Shown: one piece after another, positions 1-15,641 of the stretch
Numbering within the stretch: the first letter of the stretch is position 1
Layout of the letters: every line of letters starts with the position of its first letter
From: the human T2T-CHM13v2.0 reference genome, Homo sapiens
NCBI RefSeq assembly: GCF_009914755.1
Contig: NC_060933.1
Length of the DNA: 64,000 bases
Reading direction: 5' to 3' (one strand)
Program-made: the position numbers and the translations under genes
Notes under the pieces: model-generated
Told to the model about the DNA's origin: nothing
Databases searched by the model: none
The model's input: only the letters and a program-made list of their open reading frames with translations

Positions 1-250
1 ACATAATTAAAAACCAAATTAAATCAAAGCAAAGTAATCCTTAAAATTTTTCTTTAAAAAAGGTAACAAATGAACCTAACTTCTTATCAGTTTGATTGCT
101 TGCCATAAAAAAAGTATTCTAAGTAAATTTAAATTGCGGTATTTTCACTCAGTGGGAAAGACTCTAGTGTAAAACAATACAAAAACAAAATCTACAAATA
201 AATCCTAATATGCATTCAGTAGTCTTATGGATGGTAAGAATATGGGGTAT

Positions 251-492
251 TGTAATCCTAGCATTGTGGGAGGCCAAAGCAGGCAGATCACTTGAGTCCA
301 AGAGATCGAGACCAGCCTGGGCAACATGGCAAAACCCCATCTCTACAAAAAAATACAAAAATCAGCCAGGCATGGTGGCGTGCCTTAGTCCCAGGTACTC
401 AGGGTGGGTACGCTGGGGATGGGCATGCTGAGGGAGGTCAAGTCTGCAATGAGCCATTATCATGCCACTGCACTCCAGCCTGGGCGGCAGAG
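251..492 (+). mobile_element. AluJ-type, truncated at both ends
   Basis: tgtaatcc..gggaggcc..gagaccagcctgggcaacatgg..ccactgcactccagcctggg. A non-consensus patch lies at ~402-432. Confidence 0.85.
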
Positions 493-1108
493 TCCCCTTC
501 CTTACAAACCCTTTAGGTAGACATAGGAGCTTCTGGAACTCTATTTATCTCTTTGCACTGTGTCCTGGAAGAGTCAGACTCAATATTGCAGCTCACTAAT
601 TTAATACTCATTTGCATCCATTTGGATATTCAGCCCGATTTTTAAAGTAGCAGTGATTGTATTTTCAATAATCCAGAAATCCGATTCTTTTTCTATTTTA
701 TGGCTGTGACAGTCATCCCAGTGAATGAAGGTTCTGATTATGGGAGCCATAATCCTCTAGAGTTTTGGGGTAGAAGCTGGCAGGTGTTCAGGTAGATGAT
801 GTTGATGTGAGGGGGTTTCTCTCCCCAGCATAAGTGGTCTGGGAACTTCTCACATCAGAAGCAGCTAATGGTTTCCTTTTCTTCCCACCGCTCCTCCTGC
901 CACGCCTTGTTGTATATGTAGAATTACTCAACCCTGCTCTGCTTCTCTGTCCAGAGTCAGCCCTTCTGATAGGAAACTCCCCAGGTTCACTGTTTAAAGC
1001 AGTTACCGAGGCTTTAACCAGAAAGCAAACACCACTCTTGCCAAAAATGCAGCACGTGAGAGTGATAGGAAGATCATAACAGGCCAGGCAATTCATAATG
1101 TAATCTTT

Positions 1109-1461
1109 CAATTTTATTTTTTATTTTTCTTGAGACAAGGTCTTGCTCTGTCACTCAGGCTGGAGTGCAGTGGCATGGTCACAGCTTACTGCACCCTCAA
1201 CTTCCCTGGGTTCAAGCAATCCTTCTGCCTCAGCCTCCCAAGTAGCTGGGACCACAGGCGCATACCACCATACCTAGCTAATTTTTTAATTGTGTGTGTG
1301 TGTGTGCGTGTGTGTATGTGTGTATGTGTGTGTGTGTTTATAGTAGAGACAGGGTTTCGCCATGTTGCCCAGGCTGGTCTTAAACTTCTGAGCTCAAGTG
1401 ATCCTCCCACCTCAGCCTCCTAAAGTGCTGGGATTACAGGCATGAGCAACCACGCCTGGCC
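1109..1461 (-). mobile_element. AluJ with a (TG)n microsatellite expanded in its central linker
   Basis: Full Alu dimer. TSD cataatg(t/c)aatcttt at 1094-1108 and 1462-1476. TG array at ~1291-1337. Confidence 0.95.
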
Positions 1462-3544
1462 CATAATGCAATCTTTTAATTTATTGATCAGATAATTACT
1501 GACAAGGCCCCTCCCTGCACTGTACGAGTTAACTCTGAGCTTGAAATTTCTCTAGAACATTAGTGCACAAAACAGCCCTGACCTTTGCAGTAATCTCCTT
1601 CTGGTCATTTTCTGCTTTGATTTCTTTGTCAATCAATTCTTTGGTCTGTATTCCAGGAAATCTTCAGAATTTCTGATCTTCGACTGTAACTTTTCTTGTT
1701 TGGTATTTCAGTGGAATTTGAAGTCGGGGCGGGGGGAGTAGACTGATGTGCTCAGTCTGCCAATTCGATCCCCCATTTTTTTCTGAGTGTATAAGGATAT
1801 GAGTGGGTATTGTTTACAAAATTAGGATCACGTTGTATACATAATTTTGTATTTTGCTTTTTTAGTATAACAACATGTGTTTTTTGAAAACAGTATTTTC
1901 AGTGATTATATTTTGAATGAGTCTTCGCTGTTTATCATACTGAAGTATAATTACTGATATTCTTTTATTTCTTCCACACTAAATAATAAGGTCCTTGAGA
2001 AGAGAGAAAATGTCAGCACTGTAGATCCTTAAGACGAATTGAAATTCCTGGCATGTAGTAGTTCCATAAGTCTTCATGATTCAATCTGATTTTTTTTTTT
2101 TTTCAGTTAAATAGGTGAGGACCAAGGCAGAGACTTAGAGAGGGGATGGATGGGAAAAAAAGGGAGTAAGTTTGACTTGGCAATAGGGGAGGATTAAATC
2201 TGCTCATTCCTGTCTTTTGATTTTATTCCCACTTTCCTTGTTTGCTGCTATTACAGAAGCAGAATCCTTAGTTGAATTGGAAAATATGGTTGTTGAGATT
2301 TTCCTCCCCCTTATTAGAGCCCTAGAGACAAGAACCTATCTTTGGAACACAATGTTTCTTTCAGCACATGTCACAATGTGTATAAAGTATTTCTGAGGGG
2401 ATGTGTTTCTAAGTGAAAGGTATTCTAAGAAGTATAAAGATGGTGCTGATCTACCCAAGTTGCTATTTACTGCCTCAGAAAGATGAGTCATGCCCTGCTT
2501 ATGTTGAGGGACTGAAGTAACGACTTCTCATAGCCAGGAGTATAATCAAGTCGTGAACATCCATAACAGTAACTATAAACTCTTATGGGATTGTGGCATT
2601 AGACGGTTAGAAACCTTTGTTTAAGTGTTTTGGGATGACTAGTTCACTGCACTTGAACAAGTGTTGGAAATCCAAATAAAAAGGCGAAACATTATCCTCA
2701 CATAGATTTATCATCAAGCTCACATTTTTTTTTAATTTTACAAATATAGTTGAGTGTCTCAAAAACAGATGATTCCCATTTTCTAGCCCACAAAAGCTTA
2801 AAAATAAATCCTGGGTCTTATTTTTTTCTCTTTCTTTTTTTTTTTTCAATGCATCTGTTTATTTAATGTGAGTCACTAATGCCTAGCCCAAGAAGAAGCT
2901 GAATAATTCATGACCAATATTTTTTTCTCTGAATGAGACTTAGACATAAATTATTGTACCTTCATATACATATATAATGTTCATTATCTTTTTAAAAATC
3001 AATAGGGGCCCACATTTTTTAGTTTTTGAAAAATGGGTAGAAGAAGGAAGGAGGGAGAAAATTGCTGCTGATCTATAGGAAAGAATAGCAGGGTATATCT
3101 TGGTTTAAACTGAACTATGTACAGTTTCTCGTGTTTTTCACTTTTCACATGGTCCAATATGAAAAATACACCTAAAACAATCATAATAATTATGTACCAA
3201 GTACCAACATGTACCAGGCAATTTTACTTTTGCTATCTTTAATTATCACAACAATATTGCAGTGTAGGTAAGTTCCCTTTAAGACTGAAGGATGCTGAGT
3301 CCTAAGAGTATCAGTGACCTCCTCGAGGTCATTTAGAGCCACTTTACAAACCCATCCCTACTGGCTCTATGTCCTACACTCTTCACCTTACATCACAATG
3401 TCTCTCTGCACAGCTGATTTTAACATTTGCAATTTTACGTAATACATTTACAATTGATGATAAAATTATTAATTGCTACTTCTAATAGATTTGCAAAATA
3501 TTTTAGATTCACAGTATTTATCAAACACCTGTCATTTACAAGTG

Positions 3545-3955
3545 TATGAATCAGGATGGGCTAGGATTTGCTTTGTAGCAAACAACCTCATATCTCCATG
3601 GTTTTAAATGACAAAAATGTATTCCTTGTTCTCTCACAGAGTCCATCATAGGTCAGCTAAATCTTTGCTCTAAGTTGACCTTTTCTTCACTTTAGGATGC
3701 AGCTGAGGGAGTAGCTATTTTCCTAAACACAAATAGTCACAATAGCCAAGAGAACAGATGACACTGAAGGGTCTTGCATTGACAATTAAAATTTTGGCCC
3801 ACAGGTTTCACACATCGCTTTGTTATAACTCATTAGCAATAACTGGTCACATGTCCCCAACCAACCACAGGGGACCAAGAAGTGTAAATCTACTGTAGGC
3901 CCAGAAGATTCAAATAGCTAGAAATATTTGGTGGGCACCATTAATTCTACCTCAC
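3545..3955 (-). mobile_element. MLT1 (old MaLR) LTR
   Basis: tcaggatgggctagg...aaacaacc..atctc...gtcacatg.cccca.ccaaccaca.ggg. Confidence 0.6.
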
Positions 3956-6009
3956 CAGGAATGTAACTAAGTGCTGGAGGGAACACAAAGAATGAGTTAT
4001 GCTCTTTGTCCTTTGAAAACTTACCGTGAGCCATGCAAACAAGCAACCACAATGCAAAGCAGGTAAGAGTGCAACTGTAGTAAAAGCACCATGTTCAAGG
4101 AAGACAGAGGAAAGAATGATTAATTTAAAATGGTGAGACTCCAGAATCCTTTGCAGAGAATACTACAGATGCACTCCTAAAGTTTAAAGGGTTTTAAAGC
4201 ATCAAAAGGTATTTTAGGGAGAAAAGTACTTAAACTAAGGGAACTGCATGAAAGGGTCTGGTGAGTTCAAGGCAAAGATGAGTAGACTGATGGGACAGGA
4301 CCAGCAGGTAAATGAGACTAGGAATGAAACGAGAGACTGAAAAGTCATCTGGGGACAGAGTATAAAAGTCTGAATGCCACACAAGGAAACAGTGCCCTTT
4401 ATATTGAAATTGCTACATTTTATTAGAGCTAAATCAGAAATGTTCTTGTCTCAAATTGATTAATGTTTCCATCTTGACACATTTATGTTTTTTTAGAAGA
4501 ATATATTCTCATGTTAAGTAGAGTAAAATAACAAGATTGTCAGAACAGAGTATCTGGTACATAACAGGTAATCAATAAATATGAATGAATGTATGGGTAG
4601 GAAGAAAGTCAAGGAAGGCATTATATATTAATCCTTTCATAATTTATCAAATTCTGAGTATGCACAACTGATTTTTTTAAATAAAGAAAGAGCATATATT
4701 ACTGAAGAGAACTGGTTGGGTGATGCCTCAGTAAAATGTTATCTAATTCTACATGTTTAATTACTTCTCTTTCTTCCTTTCTTGAGCCTCAGGTATGTGA
4801 ATAATTTTAACATTCCCTCTTAGGTTTGGTCCTCCCATTCTTTAAGCAAATTTGTTCTTCTCTGAAAATTTCCTAGGCTCTCTGTTTGTCTCTTTAAGCC
4901 TCAGAGCCTCAAACACTGGAGAGAACTTGCTGCATGCGAGCTTATTCTAATACTTAATATTTTCTGGGGCCTCAGGGTGAGGGTTGCCTCACAGTCCCTG
5001 TGTATAGAAGTTCTAATCTAGAGCATGCAATCTTGTGCACTAAGTAAAAGCAGCTATACTAAAAAATAAAAAAAAAAAATTAAAAACAAGCCAACAAAAC
5101 CCCAAACCCCACCTAGAGTTGTTAAATACAGAACTTTTCAGCAGCCAAGTGACCCTGTCAGCCCTTAGCTAGAATTTCATGCCTCCCAGGAACAGGGTAA
5201 TTGAAAGGAACAATGCTGATGGCTTGGGCTAGTCACAGCTGGAAGGTTGCTGCCTTTACACTAAGACTCTGTTCTGCCTCCTTCTGTGGAAAATGAAAGA
5301 GGACTTGTTAATGGAGCAAAACCTTGCAAAGCATGTGTGGTGCTGTGGGATTTGTGATGGAAGTACAAGTGGGACAAGGAATGGACAAACAGCAGGGTGA
5401 CCTGAGTCAACATAGCAGACACCATGGGCCCCCTTGCCATCTAGGCCAGGGCTTCTCACACATGGCCACATGGATCATTTGGGGAATCTCAAGAAAGTGC
5501 AGACTCTGATTCAGCAGGAAGGGGGTAGAACTGGAAATTCTGCAACTCTGACAAGCTTCCACGTGATGCTGATGCTCCCTAGACCACACTTTGAGTAGCA
5601 AGGAGTACAGGCAACAGCTTCCCCTTCCCAAGGAAGCTAACTCCTTCCTGTTATGAGAGCCTTAAGGTTCAGGTGTTCACCCTGCCCTATGCTCAGGCAG
5701 CATCACCCCTTCCCAGCCCCACAGAGTGAGGACTTTAATCAGCCTGAGCCAAGTGTGGTCATTCCACTCTTTTTGCCAGTTACTGTCTTGGACCTAGTTG
5801 TGTGACCAATCTTGGTGAACGAAACAAAAGGGAAGGTTGGTGGGAGCTTTTAGAAAGAGTTTCCTTGGTCTACTGGAGCCCCAGGTAGAGACTTACTGCT
5901 TCCTCTGTTTGGAAGTTACCTGGCTATCCTCAGAGCTGTTGTATTCATCTTACAAAATGTAAGGAGAGACCTTGCTGGTCCCTGGGTTCTTTCTGCTCAC
6001 CTCTCCATT

Positions 6010-7690
6010 GGAGACTCACTATCTTCTTTCAGGCACCGCCTTCTCTAGTTGACCCTACACAATGGACTTCCTCAGGGGTCTACTTTGGCCCCTTTTTTCT
6101 TCTCATTCTGCATTCCCTAAATTAGACGTTTCAAACTATGCATAGCCACTCATTGATGGGTCATTAAATCAATGCGGAAGGTTGTCAGCGGCATTAGGAG
6201 AAAGAATAGCATATGATTGAACATCACATATGGCCAGATTAAGAATTGTTCAGGCTAACCTTGATTTATGGAGTGTGCACGTTTAATACAAAACACATTT
6301 TACATCGTAGATCCCCTTCAAAAAAGCTAGGGAGCCACAGGTACCTGTGACCTCATTTATTTGTATGACTCTCAAATCTCTATCTCTGCCTCTACTTCTA
6401 TCTCTATCTGTATGTCTCCTATATCTATCTGTCAGTTCCAAGCTCATGTCTTCAACTATCTACTCAACATGTCCACTCAGAAAGCTCAGAGAAATTCAGA
6501 ATCAAAGCCAGACTCACCATCATCCCCTTCAAGCCTGCCCCCATCCTCATGCCACTGCCCACTCCAAACCTCCTTCTCCTGTGTTTCTTGCATTAGGAAA
6601 GGACACTACCATCTACCCAAACTAATGAGACTGGAACCCTGGGAGTCATTCTTGGCCCTTCCCTCTCCTTCATATCCAACATTCTCTGTCTCCACATGCT
6701 GTTTATTTCACTCCCATTCACCTTTCCAAAAGGTAATTTTGAGATACCTTTTACCCCTCTCCACTACACGCTACCATCCTAATCTAAACCACTGTCATCC
6801 CACTTCTGGACAAGGACATTCGCTTCCTTAACTTGCCTCCCCATGTCATCTCTTCCTTCTTTCCAATTCTTTCTTCCCTCTGCAGACAGAGGACCTATTA
6901 GCCATGTCACTTCCCTATTTAAATATAAGGGGAAATTGCAAATCAATAACCTGTCATGGAACTGGACGTGGTGGCTCAAGCCTGTAATCCCAGCACTTTG
7001 GGAGGCCTAGATGGGAGGATCGCTTGGGTCCAGGAGCTCAAGGCCAGCCTGGGTAATTGGCGAAACCCCAAAATTCAAAAATTAGCCAGGCATGGTGGCG
7101 CGCCTAGTTTCAGCTTCTTGGGAGGCTGAGGTGGAAGGATCACTTGAGCCCAGGGGGCAGAGGTTACAGTGAGGTGAGATCGCGCCACTGCACTCCATCC
7201 CGGGCGATGGAGCCAGCTCCTGTCTCAAAAAATACATTTTAAAAAACCTGTCATGGAAGGCCCTTTGTAAAGATCCCTGACTGTCTCCCTTGCCTAGCCC
7301 TCACTGCTTCCTGTTTGGGGCTGCTCACAGCTTTTCTTACGTGCCACACTCTCTCATGGCTGTGACTTTGGAGGTGCTTCTCTTTCTAGGAAGTCTCTTC
7401 TCCCCTCATCTCTTCATGTATCCAACTCCCCCTTATTCACTGAAGTCTCAGAAGGCTGTTACCTCCTTAGGGAGGTCTTCCTTGGCTCCTGAATAAGATG
7501 AAGTCCTCCCAGAATAACACACAAAACAACTGTAAGTATTTATTTGTTCTACGGTCTTGATTCCATATGAAACTACAAGCCCCGTCGAGGCAAGCACTCT
7601 GTCTCCCCTCTTCACCTGGGTACTCACAGCTCCAAGCCCAGGATCTGGTACTCAGCAATGATGGCATAGTCATTATTTATTGAATAGACA
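6010..7690. mobile_element. L2 remnants (interrupted)
   Basis: tgactctcaaatct.tatct, ctactcaacatgtccact, accctgggagtcattctt, and a 3' end ...tatttattgaatagac. Confidence 0.6.
6961..7244 (+). mobile_element. AluJ
   Basis: Alu dimer with TSD aacctgtcatgga on both sides, inserted in an L2 remnant. Confidence 0.92.
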
Positions 7691-9229
7691 GATGAAGGAA
7701 GCTGTGTCAAAGATACTTCTTAAATAATTATGGTGACCAATGCAATTTTATATCTTTAAAAGGATACCTGATTGTCTAAAAATGGACTGTTGCCATTTGA
7801 AACATTCTAGACCTATTTAGCAGTCCAAATGACTGTGAACTCCAGCTGAAGTTCACGTGTCGAGCAGAAGCATGTGTTCACTAGGGGTCTGATTTTACCA
7901 CTCATCTGAGAGTAATGTCCTGGCAAATCCAATCTCTAAAGTGGTTCACCCTCAATCTGACTTCACTATATCGCTGTTCATCAGAATACACATTTATAGA
8001 TGTGACTTAGTGACACCTAGAATAGTGTGATCCATTCTCACACTTCTTTGTGTTATTTGTGTGTCTCTTCCACTCTTAGGCCAATGCCAAGTCTATAAAC
8101 AGGCAGGAGATAACAAGGCTGCTGGTTTCTGATAATAGAGGCCTCACGTATTTTTCATATCCTTCAAATATTATTCCTCAATATGTCCCCAGGGCAAGAT
8201 ACTACAATAATCCCCTTGGCCTTGGCCTTGGCCTCTCTTTGAAGTTGAAAGTTAAAATGCATTTTCTCCAGTTGCTTTTAAGTAACATAGTTAAATATTA
8301 CAGTGTGGTTGACCCCTGCCTCCCAACTGCTACCCTTTTGATGTGATTCTGGCTTGTGCTGACTGGCCTGCTGAGCACACAAGCATGGGTGAGCTGCGGA
8401 GGCAGGTACCAGGGAAAGGGACACGTTATACTTTAATAAAAAAGCAATTTCACTTTCCCGAAAGAGTTACCTTGGGACACGTGATGGAGGTTCATGTACT
8501 GCATCCTATAGAAATGACAAAGGCTAAACCTCAACCTGCATTCATCTTCTCTTCTACACCAACCAGTGCGGTAGACAATGGAAGTACAGACTCCTTCCTG
8601 CTGTAGCTGGTCCTCTTTCCTAGCTAGGCTGGGTAGGTGTCAGAAAGAGATGAAGTGTGGCCTCCCTGCCATGAGCTGAGACTCTGGAAGCATCTCTATC
8701 CCTTGTCACCTAGTGCTACTCAGCAGGAAGGGAGCATAGGCCATGTTGCTATTGTCCCATGCCAGAGACCAGACGCAGATGGAAAAGACACTCATCCCCT
8801 ATGAGGCCATGGAGGGCCTCTGCTGGTGGAGCAAGTTCAAGCTGCATTCAAATAAAGTCCCTGGCAGTATTTCCCCTGCTGTCTTCATTTAGGCCTTTGG
8901 GTGCCAGAAAAGGCTGAGATGAGTTGCTGCGTCTTCTTGGCTTTGGGGGAATGACACTTGTTGAGGTTCATAGGAAAGCTCCAAGGAAGTCACTGTGCTC
9001 TTAATGACCACTCTGCTTCTAGGTACTGTTTGCTTCACCTCCATTTAATATACCTTGTAGACCCTCCCAGTCATTCTCCCTTGCTCTTCACTTTGCTTTT
9101 ACTCTTTGACCCTCATTCCTTTCCTCCCTCTTTCCGGTTGAACATGTTTTGGTGAACTTGACAGCATTTGTATTTCTTTACTTATTTCATGTATAAGAGC
9201 AATGCTTTGTACATCAAACAAAGCAGCCT

Positions 9230-9643
9230 TGGCTTAGATTGGGTTCCTTGGAAACAGCCTCTGAGATAGAGAATTGCATGCAGAGTTGACTGGGGGTGCT
9301 TTAGGGAGCTGCACCAGTAAGGAAGTGAAGAAGGCAGAATTGGGTAAGGGGAGAAGCTGATCTACAAAGGGGCTGCCACCCAGAGGCCTTAACCAATCCT
9401 GCAGAGAGTTCTGGAGCTAGACGGTCCTCCAGAGGTGTACCAAATTGAAGCTAGGGGCCCAGCCTTTCCTTCCCTGCATCAGCCACCCATTGGCCACTGG
9501 CTCACCCTTGGGAAGGAATTTATTCTTGGACAAGGTAGTTGCCTTCCGTGGGGGGGAAGTTCTCAGTGAAAATGTGGAGCTCAGACTCAGGCCTTTGAGG
9601 AGGGGGAGCCCCCTGGCAGTGGCTGGTACTTTCAAAGTGGCAC
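9230..9643 (-). mobile_element. LTR33/LTR16-like ERVL LTR
   Basis: cttagattgggttcc..gaaacag.ctctgagat.gagaattg...taaggaagtga.gaaggcagaattggg. Confidence 0.55.
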
Positions 9644-11252
9644 AATAAGGCTGGTTCTGAAAGTGTGAAGGAAAGCAGGAAACAGAAACCAGCTGTTGCT
9701 TCCAGGGAGAAAGTAAGTACCGGGGTCATGCTGGTGGGTCTGGCAACCACATACGAAGCTGTAAGTCCCTTCTCCCACAATCCTGCCACCCGATCTCTCT
9801 CTGGTGCCCCCTGTTGGCAGAATCTAACACGAAAGCCCCAGCGTTATGGAGCAGCAGGTAGGAGGGTAGACAGTCGCTTCACCACCAGCCTGTCTGCAAT
9901 TCTGCATCCACGTGCCTGCATGGTAATAACTGGCAGGAGCTGCACATGAGCTGCCTTTTGAGAAAGGGTCACACGCCCTTGAGTTCACTAGGTCCCCACC
10001 CAGCTGCTGTCTTACTCATCAACCTTTCCAACCAGGCCCTTGTTTGTTACCCTTGCGGCGGGGGAGGGGGGCGAAAAAAAAAACTGCTTCCCTCAAAAGG
10101 ATCCAAATCATTTTTTGAGAAGGGTTCCAGGAATCAGTATGAACACAGGAATTCATGCTCAAAACTTTCATCACAGCTAACATAACTTCATGATGTTTTT
10201 TCCTGCCAGAACTAACTGACTCTTCCTCCTGTCTTCTAGAGCAAGCCACAGGCACCCCACCCAGCCCCCTTGCTGAGGGAAGTTTGGGGGTTTGGCATTG
10301 TGTTGCACCACTCAGGGCTTGGTTTTTGACCTATCGCTCAGCCTCCCGCATTGTTTCCGCCCTCCTTCCCTTCCACTTTGGAGAGGCTGGGCTGCAGAGG
10401 CCAGGTCACTTTCCACAGCACACAGCTCAGCAAGCGCTGTCTCATGGAGTAAAAATTCCCTTGAGATAAACCAAAGCCCCAACTACAATTATTTTCTCTT
10501 TGTATGGATTTTTTTCTTGGAGTATGGCTGTAATCAGAGCTTGGCAAGAAAGTCATGTTCTTCTATTTTTTTAAGAAAGGCTACAAACATTTTAGCAAAT
10601 TAATAGATAGCGCTGAAGCCAATAATAATTTTGTAAATTAAGATCCTGGGGCCAGGATCATGGAAATATGGATTATAGGTGTCTAATGTCTCCCAGAAGA
10701 TGAACAGATTTCTTACATCAACAGCCCTAAAAGCATCTTTGCCTTGTCACTGTTGTCACTGCTGAATGTGTATTGTCACTCCCACCCACCTCTCCTCTGT
10801 TGGTCTTCTAGAACAAAATAAGTACAAGTGAGAGCCCAGATATAAAACACAGAGCTAAGATACCCAGCATACATTTTTGTCTGCCCCCACAAAGCGACCG
10901 TTAATCATAATGACTTACTGAGCACTTACTATGTGCCAGGCTACAGCTATATGTTATATCTGAACCTCTGAAGTTGTTTGCATTTTCAGATAGAAAACAG
11001 AGGTGAGGTTCAGGGCAGTTAGATGACACAGAACAAAGAAAGGACAAAAACAGATTCGGAAACCTCTCATTCATTATGATTATGTTAAGGAGAAAGTCTT
11101 ACTCTGGTATTAATATATATTTTTATTTTATTTTGTTTCTTTGTTTTGTATTTATATTTTGGATTTGATATTTTTAACACCCCTACAACACTAGCCCTTC
11201 TCCACTGCCTCCCTTCCTCCCTTCCTCTTAACAAAAAGACAGCCAAGCTATA

Positions 11253-11553
11253 ATTTTTTTTTTTTTTTTTTTGAGACAGGTTCTCTTTCTGCAGCCCAGG
11301 CTGCAGGACAGTGGCAGGATCACAGCTCACCTCAGACTCAACCTCCTGGGCTCAAGTGATCCTCCTGCCTCAGCCTCCTGGGTAGCTGGGACTATAGGCA
11401 TGTGCTACCACATCTGTCTACTTTTTAATTTTTTGTTGAGATGGGGTCTCACTAGGTTACCCAGGCTGATCTCAAACTCCTCAGCTCAAGCAATCCTCCT
11501 GCCTCAGCCTCCCAAAGTGTTGAGATTACCAGCTTGAGCCACCATGCCCAGCC
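11253..11553 (-). mobile_element. AluJ
   Basis: Poly(T) plus Alu dimer. TSD agcta(t/g)aattt. Confidence 0.93.
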
Positions 11554-11700
11554 TCGAGCTAGAATTTATATCATTGTTTTTCATTAGTTGTATCCATTTC
11601 ATAGTTACCTCCTATTTATGACCAGTGATACTGATTTTCCTTTTACAGTAGAGACATGACATTCCATTTTAAAATAAACTTAAGTTAAAAAAACCAAGTC

Positions 11701-12012
<312 letters not shown>

Positions 12013-13212
12013 CGGAGTCAAGTTCTAAAATAATAAATAAGTACCTAATAGCCAAAGTGGTACTTGACTGGGCAAATAATGTGAAAGTATGACCTTGCAT
12101 AACGTTTCTGAACATCTCTGTGCCTCAGTTTCCCCAGGATAAGAATGGTACCTACCTCACAAGGTGGTTGTGAGGATTACCCGTCTTGACCTATCCCGAA
12201 GGCATAAAGCAGTACCTAGGACACAGTCAGCACTACATGAGTGCTAACTGGTGTTGTTCTTATGCAAATGCATGAATTCAGTTCTTGTGTGCCTCTGGGA
12301 AAGACCAGCTGGTAAAAGCAAAGACAACCAGGGCATCAGACTTCTAAATGTAGATATATTGGTAGAGGCTATGCCTAGCTTCATACTGCTCTGTAAAACT
12401 GCAGAGTTTAAGGGGAAATTTTACTGTGATGTATAGTCATTAACATGCAGTCTTTCTTTTTTAGTAATCAATTGTGTTTGTTACTATAAGAAACTTAAAA
12501 TCTTTGAAGTACTCTATTTCTAACAAGCTTCCCTGCCACCTCCTCCCCACGTGTCTACAGGAAATTGAGAACAGTACGCAAATTGCAGAGATTGCTTCAA
12601 TAATCATTTACTAGATACAAAGCTTAAATTTTAAAAGTCCTGGGACTTTTAGATCATGCATTTTACTCACAGGGATTATAATTATGATGAGATAAAACTT
12701 TGATGGTATCTTCTAAAACACACAAATTTCTGGAAATGCAATGTGGAATCAATGTGTCAAAGAAAAGCTTTAAAAGAGTTTGTGGAGCTTATTTTTGTGT
12801 TATCATGGGGTTTTCATAAGAATAAACTTTAAACAACCCAACATTCCAACCCAATTTTGGAAGGAGAAACTTGGTATGTGGTGTTGGTCATCAGAGACTG
12901 AAACGCAACTTCCCTGGGGTCTCAGGTGTGAGATATTTGGTGGACAAAGCATTACTAAGTCCCTGGTATACGAAGCAAATCAGCATTCTCCCTGATATTT
13001 AAGGTACAAAGGTACCAAAAGGGCATGGAAGAGAAAGTATACAAGCCTGCTAGGTCTGGATTGTTTATTTAGGGAACAATGGAAACAGTGGGATTGTTGA
13101 GGATTATGTAGTCTCCTGTCCGGCAGCAGCAGCATCAGCTGGGAATTTGTTTAAAAGGCAAATTCTCAGGTTCCACTGAATCTAGAGCCACTGAATCACA
13201 AACTGCGAGTTG

Positions 13213-13510
<298 letters not shown>

Positions 13511-13731
13511 AACCCAAAAAAATGGTCTGGGAGTTGGTCCCAGCCATCTGTATGTTAGCAAGCCTTCCAGGGCATTCTGTAATGTTGTAGAACCACTAGT
13601 TTAGGGGAAAGACATAGCATCTGTCTAAAAGTAATTTTCATAAGGTGCCCGTAGACACAAGTAAATGTAGAATGATCATTAGCTCCTTTTTTCATCTTCC
13701 CTTTGCATCCTGAGGAACATAAACACAATAG

Positions 13732-14075
<344 letters not shown>

Positions 14076-15310
14076 TGACTCCAAGTTCTTTAGGGCAACC
14101 AGGGCTTTTCTGGTGGCCAAGGCTTGACTCACAGAGAGCAAAGAATAAGAAACATTCTGATTCTTATTTTAGCAACTCAAGACATAGCAACCCAAGATGT
14201 GGAATCTGATGCAGATGGGTGCCCTCTGAAAAGATGAGTCATTCTATCATGGTCCATGACACATAACCTGGACAATTCAGAATGGGAAAGGGGTGCAGCT
14301 GGAACACAAGCGAGGAGAGAGAGAGGAGAGAGGGTAGTGGTAAGGGGGTCACTTGCTTCGGTGAGGCTATTTGTCAGGAAGCCAGGCTGGGTGCCTAATC
14401 AGTGTGGCCGTATTCTCTCTCTTCATGGCTCTGCAACCTGTTCATTGGATGAACCTGGCTTTGTTCCTTCCCACCTCTGGGTATTAATATATTAAGAAAA
14501 CAAATTACAGCCCAATCCCACAAAGGCTAGGGAACCTGCCTTTCTTCTTCTTCATTGTGTCCCCAGAGCCTAGCAGATTGCCTGCTACGTAGTTGATAAA
14601 TATTTGAAAAAAATCAGTGAGGCTGGAGGTAGAGTTTGTTCTCAAGGTGAGAGGTAGGGCAGGATTTCCTCCCTTAAGTAACCAGGCAGGAAAAGAACAG
14701 AGTGTCACTTGTTATAGGGTACCATGGTCAAACCAAGGAAATCAGGATTAATTTGAAAGTCCAAAAGGAAGTAGCACAGATGAAAACTGGATATAGTCAG
14801 AGGTCAGGACTTGGGCAGACCTGAACTTAAATGGGATCAAAGAAAGGAAATGAGGTAAGGATAGCCCTGCTGTCCACAAATTGCCCCATGCATAAGTAGA
14901 TTAGGTTGGTGTAAAGCTATGTTAACTAATATTCAACAAATATTTATTCAGTCCCTATTATGTGACAGGTACTACTCTAAGAGGCACTCGCAATTCTGCA
15001 GTAAACGAAACAAACAAAAATCTCTACAGCCACGAAGTAGAGAGCACTGACCCCAAAAGGAATAATAATAATAGCCATTTGATGATTTAATAATCGTAAT
15101 AAATAATTGCTTACCAGGTGCCAGGCATTGTCATCGTTATCATACATAGACCACCCAATCAGTTGATGTGGAAGTAAGTTCTATGCTTATGCTAACTTTC
15201 ACTTTTCCAAAGGACTTTCTTCTTCAGACCATCACCTCTGGGTGCAGAAACGACAGGAGGAAGTAAAGTCTGAACTTACGACCTGGGATATTACATTTCA
15301 GTTTGGTTCT

Positions 15311-15641
<331 letters not shown>

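Noticed and set aside
788-1111. 107-aa basic ORF on the minus strand
   Set aside because: No recognisable homology. The surrounding DNA (~520-1770) resembles a degraded old L1M/HAL1 5' region, though I could not support that call firmly either.
6361-6831. 156-aa ORF
   Set aside because: It lies in a pyrimidine-rich L2 remnant, has a non-ATG start and has no recognisable domain.
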